Notes: a model not told the origin generated them from the letters alone. A stretch of DNA of 64,000 nucleotides from Bacilli bacterium (GCA_017409905.1 JAFQRV010000016.1:22143-86142); one strand, 5' to 3'. Shown: positions 20,130-30,703, counted from the stretch's first letter. A program made the numbers and translations.

Positions 20130-21176
20130 ATGAACATGAATTTTTTAAGAAAGTTACCAACACCAAAAGAAATTAAAGAACTATATCCAATTAGTGAAGA
20201 ATTAGCTTTAGTTAAACAAAAAAATGATGAGGAAATAAAAAAAGTTTTTGTTGGTGAATCAGATAAATTAATACTAGTAATTGGACCATGTTCAGCAGAT
20301 AGAGAAGATGCGGTTATCGATTACATTAAAAGACTAAGAAAAGTTCAAGATTTAGTAAGTGATGAAATTGTAATAATTCCAAGAATTTATACAAACAAAC
20401 CAAGAACTACTGGAGCGGGTTACAAAGGTATGTTACATCAACCTAATCCATTAGAAAGTCCAGATATGTTAAAAGGCTTAATCGCTATTAGAAAATTACA
20501 CATGAGAGCACTTGAAGAAACAGGTTTCTCTTGTGCTGATGAAATGTTATATCCAGAAAATCACCGCTATTTATCTGACTTATTATCATATGTTGCAGTA
20601 GGCGCAAGATCTGTTGAAAATCAGGCACATCGTTTAACCGCAAGTGGTATTGATGTACCTGTTGGAATGAAAAATCCTACAAGTGGTGATTTATCTGTTA
20701 TGATGAATGCGGTATATGCTGCTCAACACTCACATACTTTTATTTATCGTGGTTGGGAAGTAATTAGCAGTGGTAATGAATATGCGCATACAATATTAAG
20801 AGGCTATGTCGATAAACATGGTTTATCACACCCTAATTATCATTATGAAGATTTAAGTATTTTACTTAAATTATATAAAGAGTCAGGATTAAAAAATCCA
20901 GGTGTTATTGTTGATACAAACCATAGTAATTCAAATAAAAAATGGGAAGAACAAATTCGTATTGCTAAAGAAGTTGTTAGTAGTACTTTTATGAATGAAG
21001 AAATTTATAAACTAGTAAAAGGTTTAATGATTGAATCATATATTGAAGATGGTGCTCAAAAAGCTGATGAAGGTATTTATGGTAAATCAATTACAGACCC
21101 TTGTCTTGGTTGGACTAAAACTGAACAATTAATTTTAGATTTAGCAGAAGCTAGAAGAAAACATCGTAATAAATAA
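20130..21176 (+). CDS. aroG: DAHP synthase, class I-alpha (AroG/F/H type)
   Basis: VIGPCS...KPRTT...GxKG blocks collinear with E. coli AroG. A terminator AGAATCTGTTTAAAAACAGATTCT-T-run lies at 21177-21207. Confidence 0.85.
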   Translation: MNMNFLRKLPTPKEIKELYPISEELALVKQKNDEEIKKVFVGESDKLILVIGPCSADREDAVIDYIKRLRKVQDLVSDEIVIIPRIYTNKPRTTGAGYKGMLHQPNPLESPDMLKGLIAIRKLHMRALEETGFSCADEMLYPENHRYLSDLLSYVAVGARSVENQAHRLTASGIDVPVGMKNPTSGDLSVMMNAVYAAQHSHTFIYRGWEVISSGNEYAHTILRGYVDKHGLSHPNYHYEDLSILLKLYKESGLKNPGVIVDTNHSNSNKKWEEQIRIAKEVVSSTFMNEEIYKLVKGLMIESYIEDGAQKADEGIYGKSITDPCLGWTKTEQLILDLAEARRKHRNK

Positions 21177-21267
21177 AGAATCTGTTTAAAAACAGATTCT
21201 TTTTTATAGTTTTCATTTGCTAAGAACAATAAGTTTTTGTATAATTAGAGTATAGGAGAAAAGATTT

Positions 21268-22020
21268 ATGATAATCAATAAAAGCTTCATAGAAAATAAA
21301 CTAGCAAATATTAAAGTAGAATATTTAGAAACTTGTACATCAACAAACAAAATTCTCAAAAATGCGACTTATCTTACTGATACATTATTAATAGCTGAAG
21401 AACAAACAAGTGGAGTTGGAAGACTTAATCGTAATTTTGTTTCTAATAAAAATAAAGGTATTTATATGAGTCTTTTAACTTTTAAAAAGATTGATTTAAA
21501 ATATTTAAATAAAGTTACACCAATTACAGCAGTAATTGTATCTAATGCTATTGATGAATTAATAAATGATAATACTAAAATTAAATGGGTTAATGATATC
21601 TATTTAAAAGATAAAAAGATTTGTGGGATACTAGTTGAATCAGTGATTGTTAACAATAGGTTAGAAAAACTTATCATTGGTATTGGAATTAATACATATA
21701 GTCAAACTTTTGATGAAGAATTATCTAAAAAAGCTTCTACTATTGAAGATTTAACAAATATTAAAACATCTAGAAATGAGTTAATTATTAATATTATCAA
21801 TAACTTAAATAAAGCTTTAGATAATATTGATGATATTTCTTATATGAAAGAATATATTCATAAATCCAATTTAATTAATAAAGAAGTAATAGTAAATATT
21901 AATGATACAGAATATATAGCTAAAGTATTAGATATTACATTAGATGCTGAATTAGTAGTAGAAATAGATAATTCTATTTATACTTTAACTACAGCAGAAG
22001 TAACTAAAATAAAGTTCTAA
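21268..22020 (+). CDS. birA: biotin--protein ligase family protein, group I (no HTH)
   Basis: BPL/LPL catalytic fold. The GRGR-like glycine-rich motif is replaced by GVGRLNRNF. 250 aa. Confidence 0.5.
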   Translation: MIINKSFIENKLANIKVEYLETCTSTNKILKNATYLTDTLLIAEEQTSGVGRLNRNFVSNKNKGIYMSLLTFKKIDLKYLNKVTPITAVIVSNAIDELINDNTKIKWVNDIYLKDKKICGILVESVIVNNRLEKLIIGIGINTYSQTFDEELSKKASTIEDLTNIKTSRNELIINIINNLNKALDNIDDISYMKEYIHKSNLINKEVIVNINDTEYIAKVLDITLDAELVVEIDNSIYTLTTAEVTKIKF

Positions 22021-22212
22021 ATTTTAACTTTTTAATTTAAGTATGTAAAGTTATTACAAAAATTAATAAACTTTCCAAAATGAGCGAATTTTAGCCCTTA
22101 AATTAAGTTTTAAAACAAGTATATAGGATATCACTTAAAATTCAGAATAGTATGTAATAATTTACTTGAATTAAAAAAACAAATAGTTTATAATTTAGAT
22201 AGGAGTGATAAT

Positions 22213-23064
22213 ATGGAAAATAAAACAATTAGAATAGCATTAATGTATGACTTTGATAAAACATTATGTGCTAAAGATATGCAAGAATATAGTTTTATTC
22301 CAAGTATTGGAATGGAATCAAATGAGTTTTGGAGTGAAGCAAATAGAATATCTGTTAAAAATGGAATGGATAGAATACTTGCATATATGTATTTAATGAT
22401 GAAACTTGCAAAGAAAAAAGATTTACCAATCACAAAACAATCTTTTCAAGATTTAGGAAAAGATGTAATACTTTATAAAGGTGTAAAGACTTGGTTTAAA
22501 AGAATTAATGCATTTGGTAAAAGTTTAGGTGTTGAAATAGAACACTATATTATTTCTAGTGGCTTAAGAGAAATTATTGAAGGAACGCCAATCGCAAAAG
22601 AATTTAAAAAGATTTATGCTTGTGAATTCCACTATAATGAAAGAGGTAATGCAGACTGGCCTCAACAAGTAGTAAACTTTACAACAAAAACTCAATTCTT
22701 ATTTAGAATATCTAAAGGTGTATTAGAAGTTTTAGATGATGTTAAATTAAATAAAAAACTTCCAGATGAAGAAAGAAGAATACCATATCAAAATATGATT
22801 TACTTTGGTGATGGATTAACTGATGTTCCATGTATGAAATTAGTAAAACAATATGGTGGGCATTCTATAGCAATCTACAACAAAAAAGAAAAACATAAAG
22901 TAGAACAATTATTAAGAGATGAAAGAGTTAATTTTATTGCTGAAAGTAATTATTCAGAAAATTCACCATTAGAAGTAATAGTAAAACAAATAATTAAAAA
23001 AGTTGTTGCGGATAACGAATTATTATTTATTTCTAAAGAACATACAAAACTAGAGGAATTTTAA
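22213..23064 (+). CDS. HAD-superfamily hydrolase (subfamily IB-like)
   Basis: Motif I DFDKTL and motif IV YFGDGLTD. Promoter TTGAAT-17-TATAAT lies upstream at ~22165-22195. Confidence 0.6.
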   Translation: MENKTIRIALMYDFDKTLCAKDMQEYSFIPSIGMESNEFWSEANRISVKNGMDRILAYMYLMMKLAKKKDLPITKQSFQDLGKDVILYKGVKTWFKRINAFGKSLGVEIEHYIISSGLREIIEGTPIAKEFKKIYACEFHYNERGNADWPQQVVNFTTKTQFLFRISKGVLEVLDDVKLNKKLPDEERRIPYQNMIYFGDGLTDVPCMKLVKQYGGHSIAIYNKKEKHKVEQLLRDERVNFIAESNYSENSPLEVIVKQIIKKVVADNELLFISKEHTKLEEF

Positions 23065-23065
23065 T

Positions 23066-24085
23066 ATGGAAGATAAAAAAATCTTAGAGGCATTAGAAGA
23101 AAAACTAACTGGCAACATTGAAGAAGACTTTCAATTCTTAATTAAAGAAGCTAATCATTTTAAAAGTTTAGGATTAATTGAAATGGTTAATCAAACATTA
23201 AGATTATTAGAAAAAAGATATGGTGATGAGGCTAAACAATTTCTTTTAAATAAAGCTAAAGAAAGCTTTCAAAAAAGAAAAGAAATGTTTCAAGAAGTAA
23301 TCGATTTAGAAAAGAAGAAAGAATATGCTAAAGCTCAAGAACAAATAGTTAAATTAATTGATACTTTTCCAATTAATCGACCAATTAAAGATAATCAACA
23401 ATTTGTTTCATTTAATAATTTATTCGAACACATGTACTATGATATTCATTTAAATAAAGAACGTAAAGTATTGTTAAGATTAGAAGAACCATATGCAAGT
23501 TATTATTTTCATTTAGGATATAATTTATTTTACTTAGAAGATTACGAAGAAACAATCAAAGTATTAGATACAGCTATTCAGTATGATGGTGTATTTACAG
23601 ATGCTTATATTTTACAAGGTGAATCATATTTAAAACTTGGAAATATTGATAAGTTTTTTGTGAAGATTGAAAAAGGATTAGAACTATCTTATAATAGATT
23701 TCAAATAGCTAATTGTTATTATTTATTATCTAAATATTTTTATGATGTAAATGATAAAAAAGCAGCACTTGTTTGTGCTTATTTATCAAATAGTTATATT
23801 GTTAGTGATCAAATTCAAGCTTTATTAAAACAAATAAATGAAATGCCAGGAGAAGCTGTAAATCCAACTGATGTTGAAGAAATGAAAAGTGTCTTAGAAA
23901 ATAAAAAGATTCAATTTGGACCAAACATTAAAATTCTTTCTACTTTAAAGAAAATCTCAACTGAACCTAAAATTCAAGAGAATCCCAATTTAAAAAGATA
24001 TTTCTTAACTTTACTTTATGATATTTCAAGAGATCCGAAAGTTAAAGAAGAAATTGATGCTTTACCAATTGAAAAAAATAAATAA
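23066..24085 (+). CDS. hypothetical protein, TPR-like helical repeats
   Basis: 339 aa, alpha-helical, no recognisable catalytic motif. Confidence 0.4.
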   Translation: MEDKKILEALEEKLTGNIEEDFQFLIKEANHFKSLGLIEMVNQTLRLLEKRYGDEAKQFLLNKAKESFQKRKEMFQEVIDLEKKKEYAKAQEQIVKLIDTFPINRPIKDNQQFVSFNNLFEHMYYDIHLNKERKVLLRLEEPYASYYFHLGYNLFYLEDYEETIKVLDTAIQYDGVFTDAYILQGESYLKLGNIDKFFVKIEKGLELSYNRFQIANCYYLLSKYFYDVNDKKAALVCAYLSNSYIVSDQIQALLKQINEMPGEAVNPTDVEEMKSVLENKKIQFGPNIKILSTLKKISTEPKIQENPNLKRYFLTLLYDISRDPKVKEEIDALPIEKNK

Positions 24086-24169
24086 AATGAAAGAAATATT
24101 TCTTTCATTTTTTTATTTACTTATCATCAAAAGTGTGGTATAATATAACTAAGAAAGGTGGCGATAACT

Positions 24170-25084
24170 ATGACAAAAAAATTACTTGTTTTTTGGTTTT
24201 TAATCTGTTTCTTGTTAACAGGTTGTGTAGAAATACCAGATAATAAAATAACAGTTGTAGCAACAATCTTTCCTCAATATGATATTGTTAGATGGATTGC
24301 AAAAGATAAAGTAGAGTTATATTTAACCGTATCACCAGGTATTGACACTCATAGTTATGATCCATCTGTAGAAGATATTATTCGTATTAAAAAATGTGAT
24401 TTATTTATCTATATGGCGGGATGTTTAGAACAATGGGCTGTTGATTTAAAAGATGACTCCACAGGTTTAGTTTTAGATTTATCAAGTAATGAAAATATTA
24501 TTTTAGAAGAAGTTGAAGAAAAACACGAACATCATACTAATCATGATCACGTTCATGATCATGATCCTCATATTTGGACAAGCCCAACATATTTAAAATT
24601 TATGGCTTATGATATTTGTGATGAATTAATAAAACTAGATCCAACAAATAAAGAATTTTATGAAAAAAATCGTGATTCATATGTGTTTGAAATCGATAAG
24701 ATTATTTTAGAAATGAATCAATTAAGTATTGAAGCACAAGATAAAACATTTTATTTTGGCACACCATTTGCGATGTACTATTTCTTTAAAGAATTTAATT
24801 TAAAATATGAATCAATCTATGAAACATGTGCTACTGAAATAGAACCATCTATTTTTGATATCATTGAGATGCATGAAACAATTATTAAAGATAATGTAAA
24901 AAATTTATATGTAAAAGAATTAATATCAACAGGGGTTGCGGAAAGAATAATTAATGATACTTTATGTGAATTACAATTACTTCATTCAGGACATAATGTA
25001 TCAAGTATTGATTTTAAAAAAGGAATTACATTAATTGATATTATGAATAATAATATAATTGCTTTAAGAAAGGAGTTAAAATAA
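24170..25084 (+). CDS. znuA: zinc ABC transporter substrate-binding lipoprotein with His-rich loop
   Basis: Lipobox LLTGC and His-rich insert EEKHEHHTNHDHVHDHDPH. The ATG at 24170 with RBS AAGGTGG is preferred over the track's GTG at 24158. Confidence 0.8.
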   Translation: MTKKLLVFWFLICFLLTGCVEIPDNKITVVATIFPQYDIVRWIAKDKVELYLTVSPGIDTHSYDPSVEDIIRIKKCDLFIYMAGCLEQWAVDLKDDSTGLVLDLSSNENIILEEVEEKHEHHTNHDHVHDHDPHIWTSPTYLKFMAYDICDELIKLDPTNKEFYEKNRDSYVFEIDKIILEMNQLSIEAQDKTFYFGTPFAMYYFFKEFNLKYESIYETCATEIEPSIFDIIEMHETIIKDNVKNLYVKELISTGVAERIINDTLCELQLLHSGHNVSSIDFKKGITLIDIMNNNIIALRKELK

Positions 25085-25791
25085 TGAAACTAATTGAATG
25101 TTCAAATTTAAAAATTGGTTACAATAACCGTGTATTAAATACACTTAGTTTTACAATTAATAGTGGTGATTTTATATGTATTATTGGTAACAATGGAACT
25201 GGTAAATCAACACTAATTAAGACACTTTTAAAATTAACTCCATCTCTTGGAGGAAAAATCTTATTTGATATTGAGTTAAAAAAATCTTCAATTGGTTATT
25301 TAACTCAAGATTTACAAGTAAATGAATCATTCCCAGCTACAGTTTATGAAATTGTCTTAAGTGGTTGTATTGGTAAAATGGGAGCTAAAATTTTTTACAC
25401 AAAAAAAGAAAAAGAACTTGTTAATAAATATTTAGAATACTTAGAAATTGCACATCTAAAAAATAAGCCATTTAAAGGTTTATCAGGTGGTGAACAACAA
25501 AAAACATTAATTGCGAGAGCATTATGTTCTACTGATAAATTATTATTTTTAGATGAACCATTACAAGGTTTAGATATGAAAGCTGCTCTATCTTTTTATG
25601 AAATGTTAAAAAAGATTAATAAAGAAGAAAATGTAACAATAATTTTAATTACTCATAATGTTGATATCGCAATGCCATATGTAAACAAGATATTATATTT
25701 AGGTCATGATGAAAGTTTAATGTGTTCTCCAGAAGAATATAGACATTCTAATTATGCCTCTCAATATGTAGGAGGTCACGATCATGCTTAA
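25084..25791 (+). CDS. znuC: zinc ABC transporter ATP-binding protein
   Basis: Walker A GNNGTGKST and signature LSGGEQQK. Confidence 0.8.
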   Translation: MKLIECSNLKIGYNNRVLNTLSFTINSGDFICIIGNNGTGKSTLIKTLLKLTPSLGGKILFDIELKKSSIGYLTQDLQVNESFPATVYEIVLSGCIGKMGAKIFYTKKEKELVNKYLEYLEIAHLKNKPFKGLSGGEQQKTLIARALCSTDKLLFLDEPLQGLDMKAALSFYEMLKKINKEENVTIILITHNVDIAMPYVNKILYLGHDESLMCSPEEYRHSNYASQYVGGHDHA

Positions 25792-26608
25792 TATAATGAC
25801 ATATATAACTGATATTATTAAGTACATGAAAGTCCCATTAATTGTTGGATTATTATTATCAATAACTGCAGCAATGTTAGGTGTAGTATTAGTAGTAAAA
25901 CAATACTCAATGATTGGTGATGGATTATCACATGTCGGTTTTGGTTCAACTGCAGTTGCTTTAGCAGTTGGTACACAACCACTTTATATTGCAATACCTG
26001 TTGTTGTTATTGCGGCTTATGTATTAATTAGAATCGGGGAAAATAAAAAAACCCACACAGATGCTGCTATTGGATTAATATCTTCTAGTGCACTTGCAAT
26101 AGGTTTCTTAGCTGGTAATTTATCAGATGGGTTCTCATCAGATATAAATAGTTATATGTTTGGTAGTATTACTACGGCAACAGTTTCTGAACTTAGTTAT
26201 ATTTTACCATTCTCATTAATAATAATTATTGTATTTATTTTTTCTTATAACCGAATATTTGCGGTTTCTTTCGATGAAAACTTTGCGAAAGCTAGTGGAA
26301 TGAATACAAGATTATACAATATAATTCTTGCATTAAGCACAGCAATTGTAATTGTTATTGGAATTAAAGTAATGGGTACATTATTAATTTCTAGTTTAAT
26401 CATTTTCCCGGCTTTAACTTCTATGAGAATTTTCCACAATTTTAAGAAAGTTGTAATTTCTTCAGTTATCATTTCCGTAGTTTCTTTCTTAATAGCTTTC
26501 TTCTTATTTTCAAGATATTCAAGTGCAGCTTCAATTGTATTAGTAAACTTAGTATTTTATATTCTTGCTGCTATATTTGCATTTCTTCGCAAGAAACTTG
26601 CAAAATAA
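25784..26608 (+). CDS. znuB: zinc/manganese ABC transporter permease
   Basis: 274 aa polytopic protein of the ABC-3 family. Confidence 0.75.
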   Translation: MLNIMTYITDIIKYMKVPLIVGLLLSITAAMLGVVLVVKQYSMIGDGLSHVGFGSTAVALAVGTQPLYIAIPVVVIAAYVLIRIGENKKTHTDAAIGLISSSALAIGFLAGNLSDGFSSDINSYMFGSITTATVSELSYILPFSLIIIIVFIFSYNRIFAVSFDENFAKASGMNTRLYNIILALSTAIVIVIGIKVMGTLLISSLIIFPALTSMRIFHNFKKVVISSVIISVVSFLIAFFLFSRYSSAASIVLVNLVFYILAAIFAFLRKKLAK

Positions 26609-26662
26609 GAAAATAGTGATATAATATATATGTAAATTTTAAAAAAGAAAGGTAAATTAAAA

Positions 26663-27148
26663 ATGAAAGATTTAAAAGCAAACAAATTATTAATGGCCAT
26701 TGCTACAATCGTAGTAGGTGTATTATTAATTACTTTGAAAGGTGCTATCGTTAGCATAGCAGTTACTATCTTTGGTGTATATCTAATCGTTGTTGGTGTT
26801 TTAGATATCGTTAAAAGAGGTCAATTAGTTAACGGTTTAGTTAAAATTGCTGTAGGTGTTGTTGCTGCTGTATTATCATGGTTAATCGTTGTTATTGCAT
26901 CTGTATTACTAGGTGTTGTATTAATTATTAATGGTGTTACTTCATTATTACAAGTATTTAAAGCAAAAAGACCTAAAGGTTTACTTGCTAATTTATTAGT
27001 ATTTGCAGCTCCAATTATTTCTATTATTGGTGGTTTATGCTTATGCGGTGCTTGGGGCGGTTTAGCAGTTACAATGTATACAGTTGCTGGTATCGTAGTA
27101 ATCTTAAATGGTGTTGTATCATTAGTTGATTTCTTAGCTACAAAATAA
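26663..27148 (+). CDS. DUF308 (HdeD-family) membrane protein
   Basis: Repeated G-x3-I-x2-GV-x2-I motifs. A bidirectional terminator AAAAAGAGTCTATGACTCTTTTTT lies at 27148-27178. Confidence 0.55.
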   Translation: MKDLKANKLLMAIATIVVGVLLITLKGAIVSIAVTIFGVYLIVVGVLDIVKRGQLVNGLVKIAVGVVAAVLSWLIVVIASVLLGVVLIINGVTSLLQVFKAKRPKGLLANLLVFAAPIISIIGGLCLCGAWGGLAVTMYTVAGIVVILNGVVSLVDFLATK

Positions 27149-27156
27149 AAAAGAGT

Positions 27157-27879
27157 CTATGACTCTTTTTTTATTTTGTATATATACGCATTTTTATTTT
27201 TATCTACGACTTCTATTACATCTAAATATCTTAATACATTTAAAGTACTACCTGCTTGCTTTAAACTCATTTTTGTTATTTTAATAAAATCCTTAGTTGT
27301 AAACATATCGATATTTGGCATTAAATATTTCCAATCACCAGAATGATAAATATTATATTCACCCAATATTTCATTAGGAAATTGATCAATTCTAGTAAGT
27401 CTTGTTTGTTTTCTTCTATTAATTCTAGTAGTATTAAATTCATTAACATCTAATAAAACTATTTTAAAAGATAAATTTGGATGTTTTAAATAGTTTTTAA
27501 TTTTATATAATTCATAGCCAATTGATAAAGGGTGAAGTTTTTTAGGTGATTTTCTAATTTGAATTATTTCTCCTGATTCATCAACTTTATATAACATTTT
27601 TTTAATACATAATGGATAAACAATTGTTATTTGATAATTATCAAGTAATTTATCTAATTTACTTCTTAAAGAATTGAAACTTCTTGTTTGAATTTCATAT
27701 ATATGATTATCAATTAAAATATCAACTACATTTCGATTAATATTAATTTCATGGTATTCAGAATTATTACATATATAGTATTTTAAAAATTGATGAACAG
27801 TTTTCTCTTGTTTTGTTCCGATTGACTCTTTAATACTTTCATCATTATGAACAAGTTCTAATATTTTATTAGTGTTCAT
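27157..27879 (-). CDS. hypothetical protein; possible PD-(D/E)xK-like N-terminal region and C-terminal winged-helix
   Basis: The start is reassigned to the ATG at 27879 (MNTNK...), which is preceded by AGGAGG. The track's TTG at 27903 has no RBS. Motif VDILIDNHIYEIQ resembles a D...E-x-K/Q nuclease core. The C-terminus (LNVLRYLDVIEVV) is wH-like. Confidence 0.45.
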   Translation of the reverse strand: MNTNKILELVHNDESIKESIGTKQEKTVHQFLKYYICNNSEYHEININRNVVDILIDNHIYEIQTRSFNSLRSKLDKLLDNYQITIVYPLCIKKMLYKVDESGEIIQIRKSPKKLHPLSIGYELYKIKNYLKHPNLSFKIVLLDVNEFNTTRINRRKQTRLTRIDQFPNEILGEYNIYHSGDWKYLMPNIDMFTTKDFIKITKMSLKQAGSTLNVLRYLDVIEVVDKNKNAYIYKIKKES

Positions 27880-27922
27880 ATATCCTCCTAAAATAAAAAA
27901 CAATAAATTAGAATTTATTGTT

Positions 27923-28186
27923 TTAGTTTAACGCATTTTCAATGGCACTAGCTAATTGGTCTGCACAACTAGTACTACGCATACCACATGTATTACCTTT
28001 TAGAATAGATCTTACATTTTCAGCTAATTGACCTTCACAAAGTTTAGAAATAGCTTTTAGGTTACCATTACAGCCGCCTGTAAAAACTAAATTATGGATT
28101 CTATTTTCTTCATCTAAATCAAATGCAATTTTTTTAGTGCATACCATTGGTGATGGTGCGTATTCAAAATGTTTCATAATAATCAC
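27923..28186 (-). CDS. TSCPD-domain protein (TIGR03905-like)
   Basis: 87 aa with the conserved ...GNTCGMRSTSCADQLA motif, where TSCAD stands in for TSCPD. Confidence 0.6.
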   Translation of the reverse strand: MIIMKHFEYAPSPMVCTKKIAFDLDEENRIHNLVFTGGCNGNLKAISKLCEGQLAENVRSILKGNTCGMRSTSCADQLASAIENALN

Positions 28187-28276
28187 CTCTTAATTACGAT
28201 TTCATTATACATTTTTTTTATAATATTTGCAAAAGTAATGCTTTTTAGATATAATATTTAACTAGAGGTGAGCAAA

Positions 28277-29398
28277 ATGATTTATTTTGATTCTACAGCA
28301 ACAACTAAGCCAACAAAAGAAATTTTAGAACTTTATAATAAGATCTCATTAGAATATTGGTATAACTCAAGTAGTGCATATACAATGGGAATTAAATCAA
28401 ATAACTTATTACAAAAATCTATTGAAGTTGTAAAAGAAGTTTTAAAACTTAAAGACCATAATGTTATATATACTTCTGGTGCAACCGAAGCTAATAATCT
28501 TGCTATTCATGGTATTTGTAATAATTATATTAATCAAAATAAAAGAGTAATTACGACAAAGATTGAACATCCATCTGTATTTAATGTTTTTAAATCTCTA
28601 GAAACATTAGGCTTTGATGTTGTATATCTTGATATCGATAGTAACGGAATTATTAATTTAAATCAATTAAAAGAATCACTTACAAAAGAAACAGTATTAG
28701 TATCAATTATGTGGGTTAATAATATAATTGGTTCAATTCAACCAATTAATGAAGTAATTAATATTCTAAAAGAATATCCTAGATGTAAACTTCATGTAGA
28801 TGCTGTACAAGGTTTAGGTAAAATTAAAAATAATTTTGATTTTAATCAAGTTGATTTATTTACTATGAGCTCTCATAAATTAGAAGGAATTAAAGGTAGT
28901 GGTGCATTAATTTATAATAATAAAATTAATCTTACATCACATATTCAAGGGGCAAATCAACAACTTGGAATTAAACCAGGTACAGTTGATTTAGCGAGTG
29001 CTGTAACAACTAGTAAAACAATTCAAAATGTTTATAAGAATTTAGATAATAATTATAATTATGTTTTAGAATTAAATAAATATTTAAGAAACAAATTAAA
29101 TGAATTAAACATTACAATTAATTCACCAGTAAAAAATGTATCTCCTTATATTGTTAATATAAGTATTAAAGAACACAATGCTGAAACAATTATGCATCAT
29201 CTAGAACAAAAAGAAATATATGTTTCAATTGGTTCGGCATGTGGATCAAAAACTAAAAAACCTGAAAAAACGATATATGCATTAACTAATGATTTAACAC
29301 TAGCTACAACAAGTATTAGAATTAGCTTAAGTCATCATAATACTAAAGAAGAAATTGATACATTAATTAAAGAATTAAAAGAATATTTAAAAAAGTAG
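28277..29398 (+). CDS. nifZ: cysteine desulfurase (class V aminotransferase, NifS/NifZ-like)
   Basis: PLP-lysine SSHKLEGIKG. It is paired with thiI as in Bacillus nifZ-thiI. The ATG at 28277 with RBS AGAGGTGA is preferred over the GTG at 28268. Confidence 0.8.
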   Translation: MIYFDSTATTKPTKEILELYNKISLEYWYNSSSAYTMGIKSNNLLQKSIEVVKEVLKLKDHNVIYTSGATEANNLAIHGICNNYINQNKRVITTKIEHPSVFNVFKSLETLGFDVVYLDIDSNGIINLNQLKESLTKETVLVSIMWVNNIIGSIQPINEVINILKEYPRCKLHVDAVQGLGKIKNNFDFNQVDLFTMSSHKLEGIKGSGALIYNNKINLTSHIQGANQQLGIKPGTVDLASAVTTSKTIQNVYKNLDNNYNYVLELNKYLRNKLNELNITINSPVKNVSPYIVNISIKEHNAETIMHHLEQKEIYVSIGSACGSKTKKPEKTIYALTNDLTLATTSIRISLSHHNTKEEIDTLIKELKEYLKK

Positions 29399-29407
29399 GT
29401 AACTATT

Positions 29408-30625
29408 ATGTATAATCATATTTTAATTAGATATGGAGAACTTAGTTTAAAAAAAGCTAACCGCAATCAATTTATTAAACTAGTTAATAATCATATTAAA
29501 AAGGCTTTAAGTATTTTTACAAAATTACAATTTGAATCAGACTATATGCGCTTTTATGTCATCTTAAATGGTGAGGATGCTGATGCGGTAGTGGAAGTTT
29601 TAAAAACAATTCCTGGTATTTATTCCTTTAGTAAAGTCTCTAAATGTGAATCTAATTTAGAAGAAATAAAAGCATTAGCTTTAAATACATTAAAAAATTT
29701 AGATTTAACAAATAAAACATTTAAAGTAGAAACAAACAGAGCTAATAAAAATTTCACAATGACATCACTTGAAATTACTAAAGAAATATCAAGGCATCTA
29801 TTTAGAAATATTGATAATTTAAAAGCTGATGTACATAACCCAGATATTACAATTAATGTTGATGTTCGTTTAGAAGGGACTTTTATCTATACTGAATCCA
29901 TTTATGGAATGGGTGGACTTCCAAGTTCATCTTTAGGTAAAGCAATGTTAATGATTAGTGGGGGAATTGATAGCGTTGTTGCGGGATTAGAAGTTGTAAG
30001 AAGAGGTATGGATATTGAAGCAATTCACTACGCATCTCCACCATATACATCAGATATGGCTTTACAAAAAGTTGTTGATTTATTACAAGTAATTACTAAA
30101 TATAAAAGTGATTGTAAAATCTTACTACATGTAGTACCTTTCACAAACATTCAAAAATCAATATATGAAAATGTTCGTGATGATTATGGTATCACAATTA
30201 TGCGTAGAATGATGTATCGAATTGCTGAAAGAGTTGCCAAAAAACAAAAAGCTTTGACAATTGTAAATGGTGAAAATATAGGACAAGTTGCTAGTCAAAC
30301 ATTAGAAAGTATATCTGTAATTAATAATGTAACAAATATGCCAATTATTAGACCACTCGCAACCCTTGATAAAAAAGATATAATTGAAAAAGCCATTAAA
30401 TACGGAACATATGATATTTCAATAAGACCATATGAAGATTGTTGTACTGTATTTGTTCCAAAACATCCACAAATTAAACCAAGACTTGATGTTGCTGTTG
30501 ATTTAGAAAATAAATTTGATTATGAATCTTTAATTGATGAAGCAATTAATAATATTCAACATATTGTATTAACATCTAATACAAAATATCAAGTTATCAA
30601 AACTGAAGAAGAAGACATTTTTTAA
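29408..30625 (+). CDS. thiI: tRNA 4-thiouridine(8) synthase
   Basis: THUMP-like N-terminus and PP-loop SGGIDS. Confidence 0.85.
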   Translation: MYNHILIRYGELSLKKANRNQFIKLVNNHIKKALSIFTKLQFESDYMRFYVILNGEDADAVVEVLKTIPGIYSFSKVSKCESNLEEIKALALNTLKNLDLTNKTFKVETNRANKNFTMTSLEITKEISRHLFRNIDNLKADVHNPDITINVDVRLEGTFIYTESIYGMGGLPSSSLGKAMLMISGGIDSVVAGLEVVRRGMDIEAIHYASPPYTSDMALQKVVDLLQVITKYKSDCKILLHVVPFTNIQKSIYENVRDDYGITIMRRMMYRIAERVAKKQKALTIVNGENIGQVASQTLESISVINNVTNMPIIRPLATLDKKDIIEKAIKYGTYDISIRPYEDCCTVFVPKHPQIKPRLDVAVDLENKFDYESLIDEAINNIQHIVLTSNTKYQVIKTEEEDIF

Positions 30626-30703
30626 TTGGTAAAAATTGTCACCAATATTTAATTATATATTATTTGTATTTGAAAATAATATATATGAATGGAGGTGCAA
30701 ACC

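Noticed and set aside
24086-24170. Zur/AdcR operator upstream of znuA
   Set aside because: The only strong palindrome (AAATGAAAGAAATATTTCTTTCATTT) is the terminator of the upstream gene followed by a T-run. No TCGTAAT-n-ATTACGA or TTAACNNGTTAA box was found.
30626-30703. Sigma-G promoter call for the SASP gene
   Set aside because: I could not find a convincing GNATR-18-CATNNTA arrangement by eye, so no promoter feature is reported.
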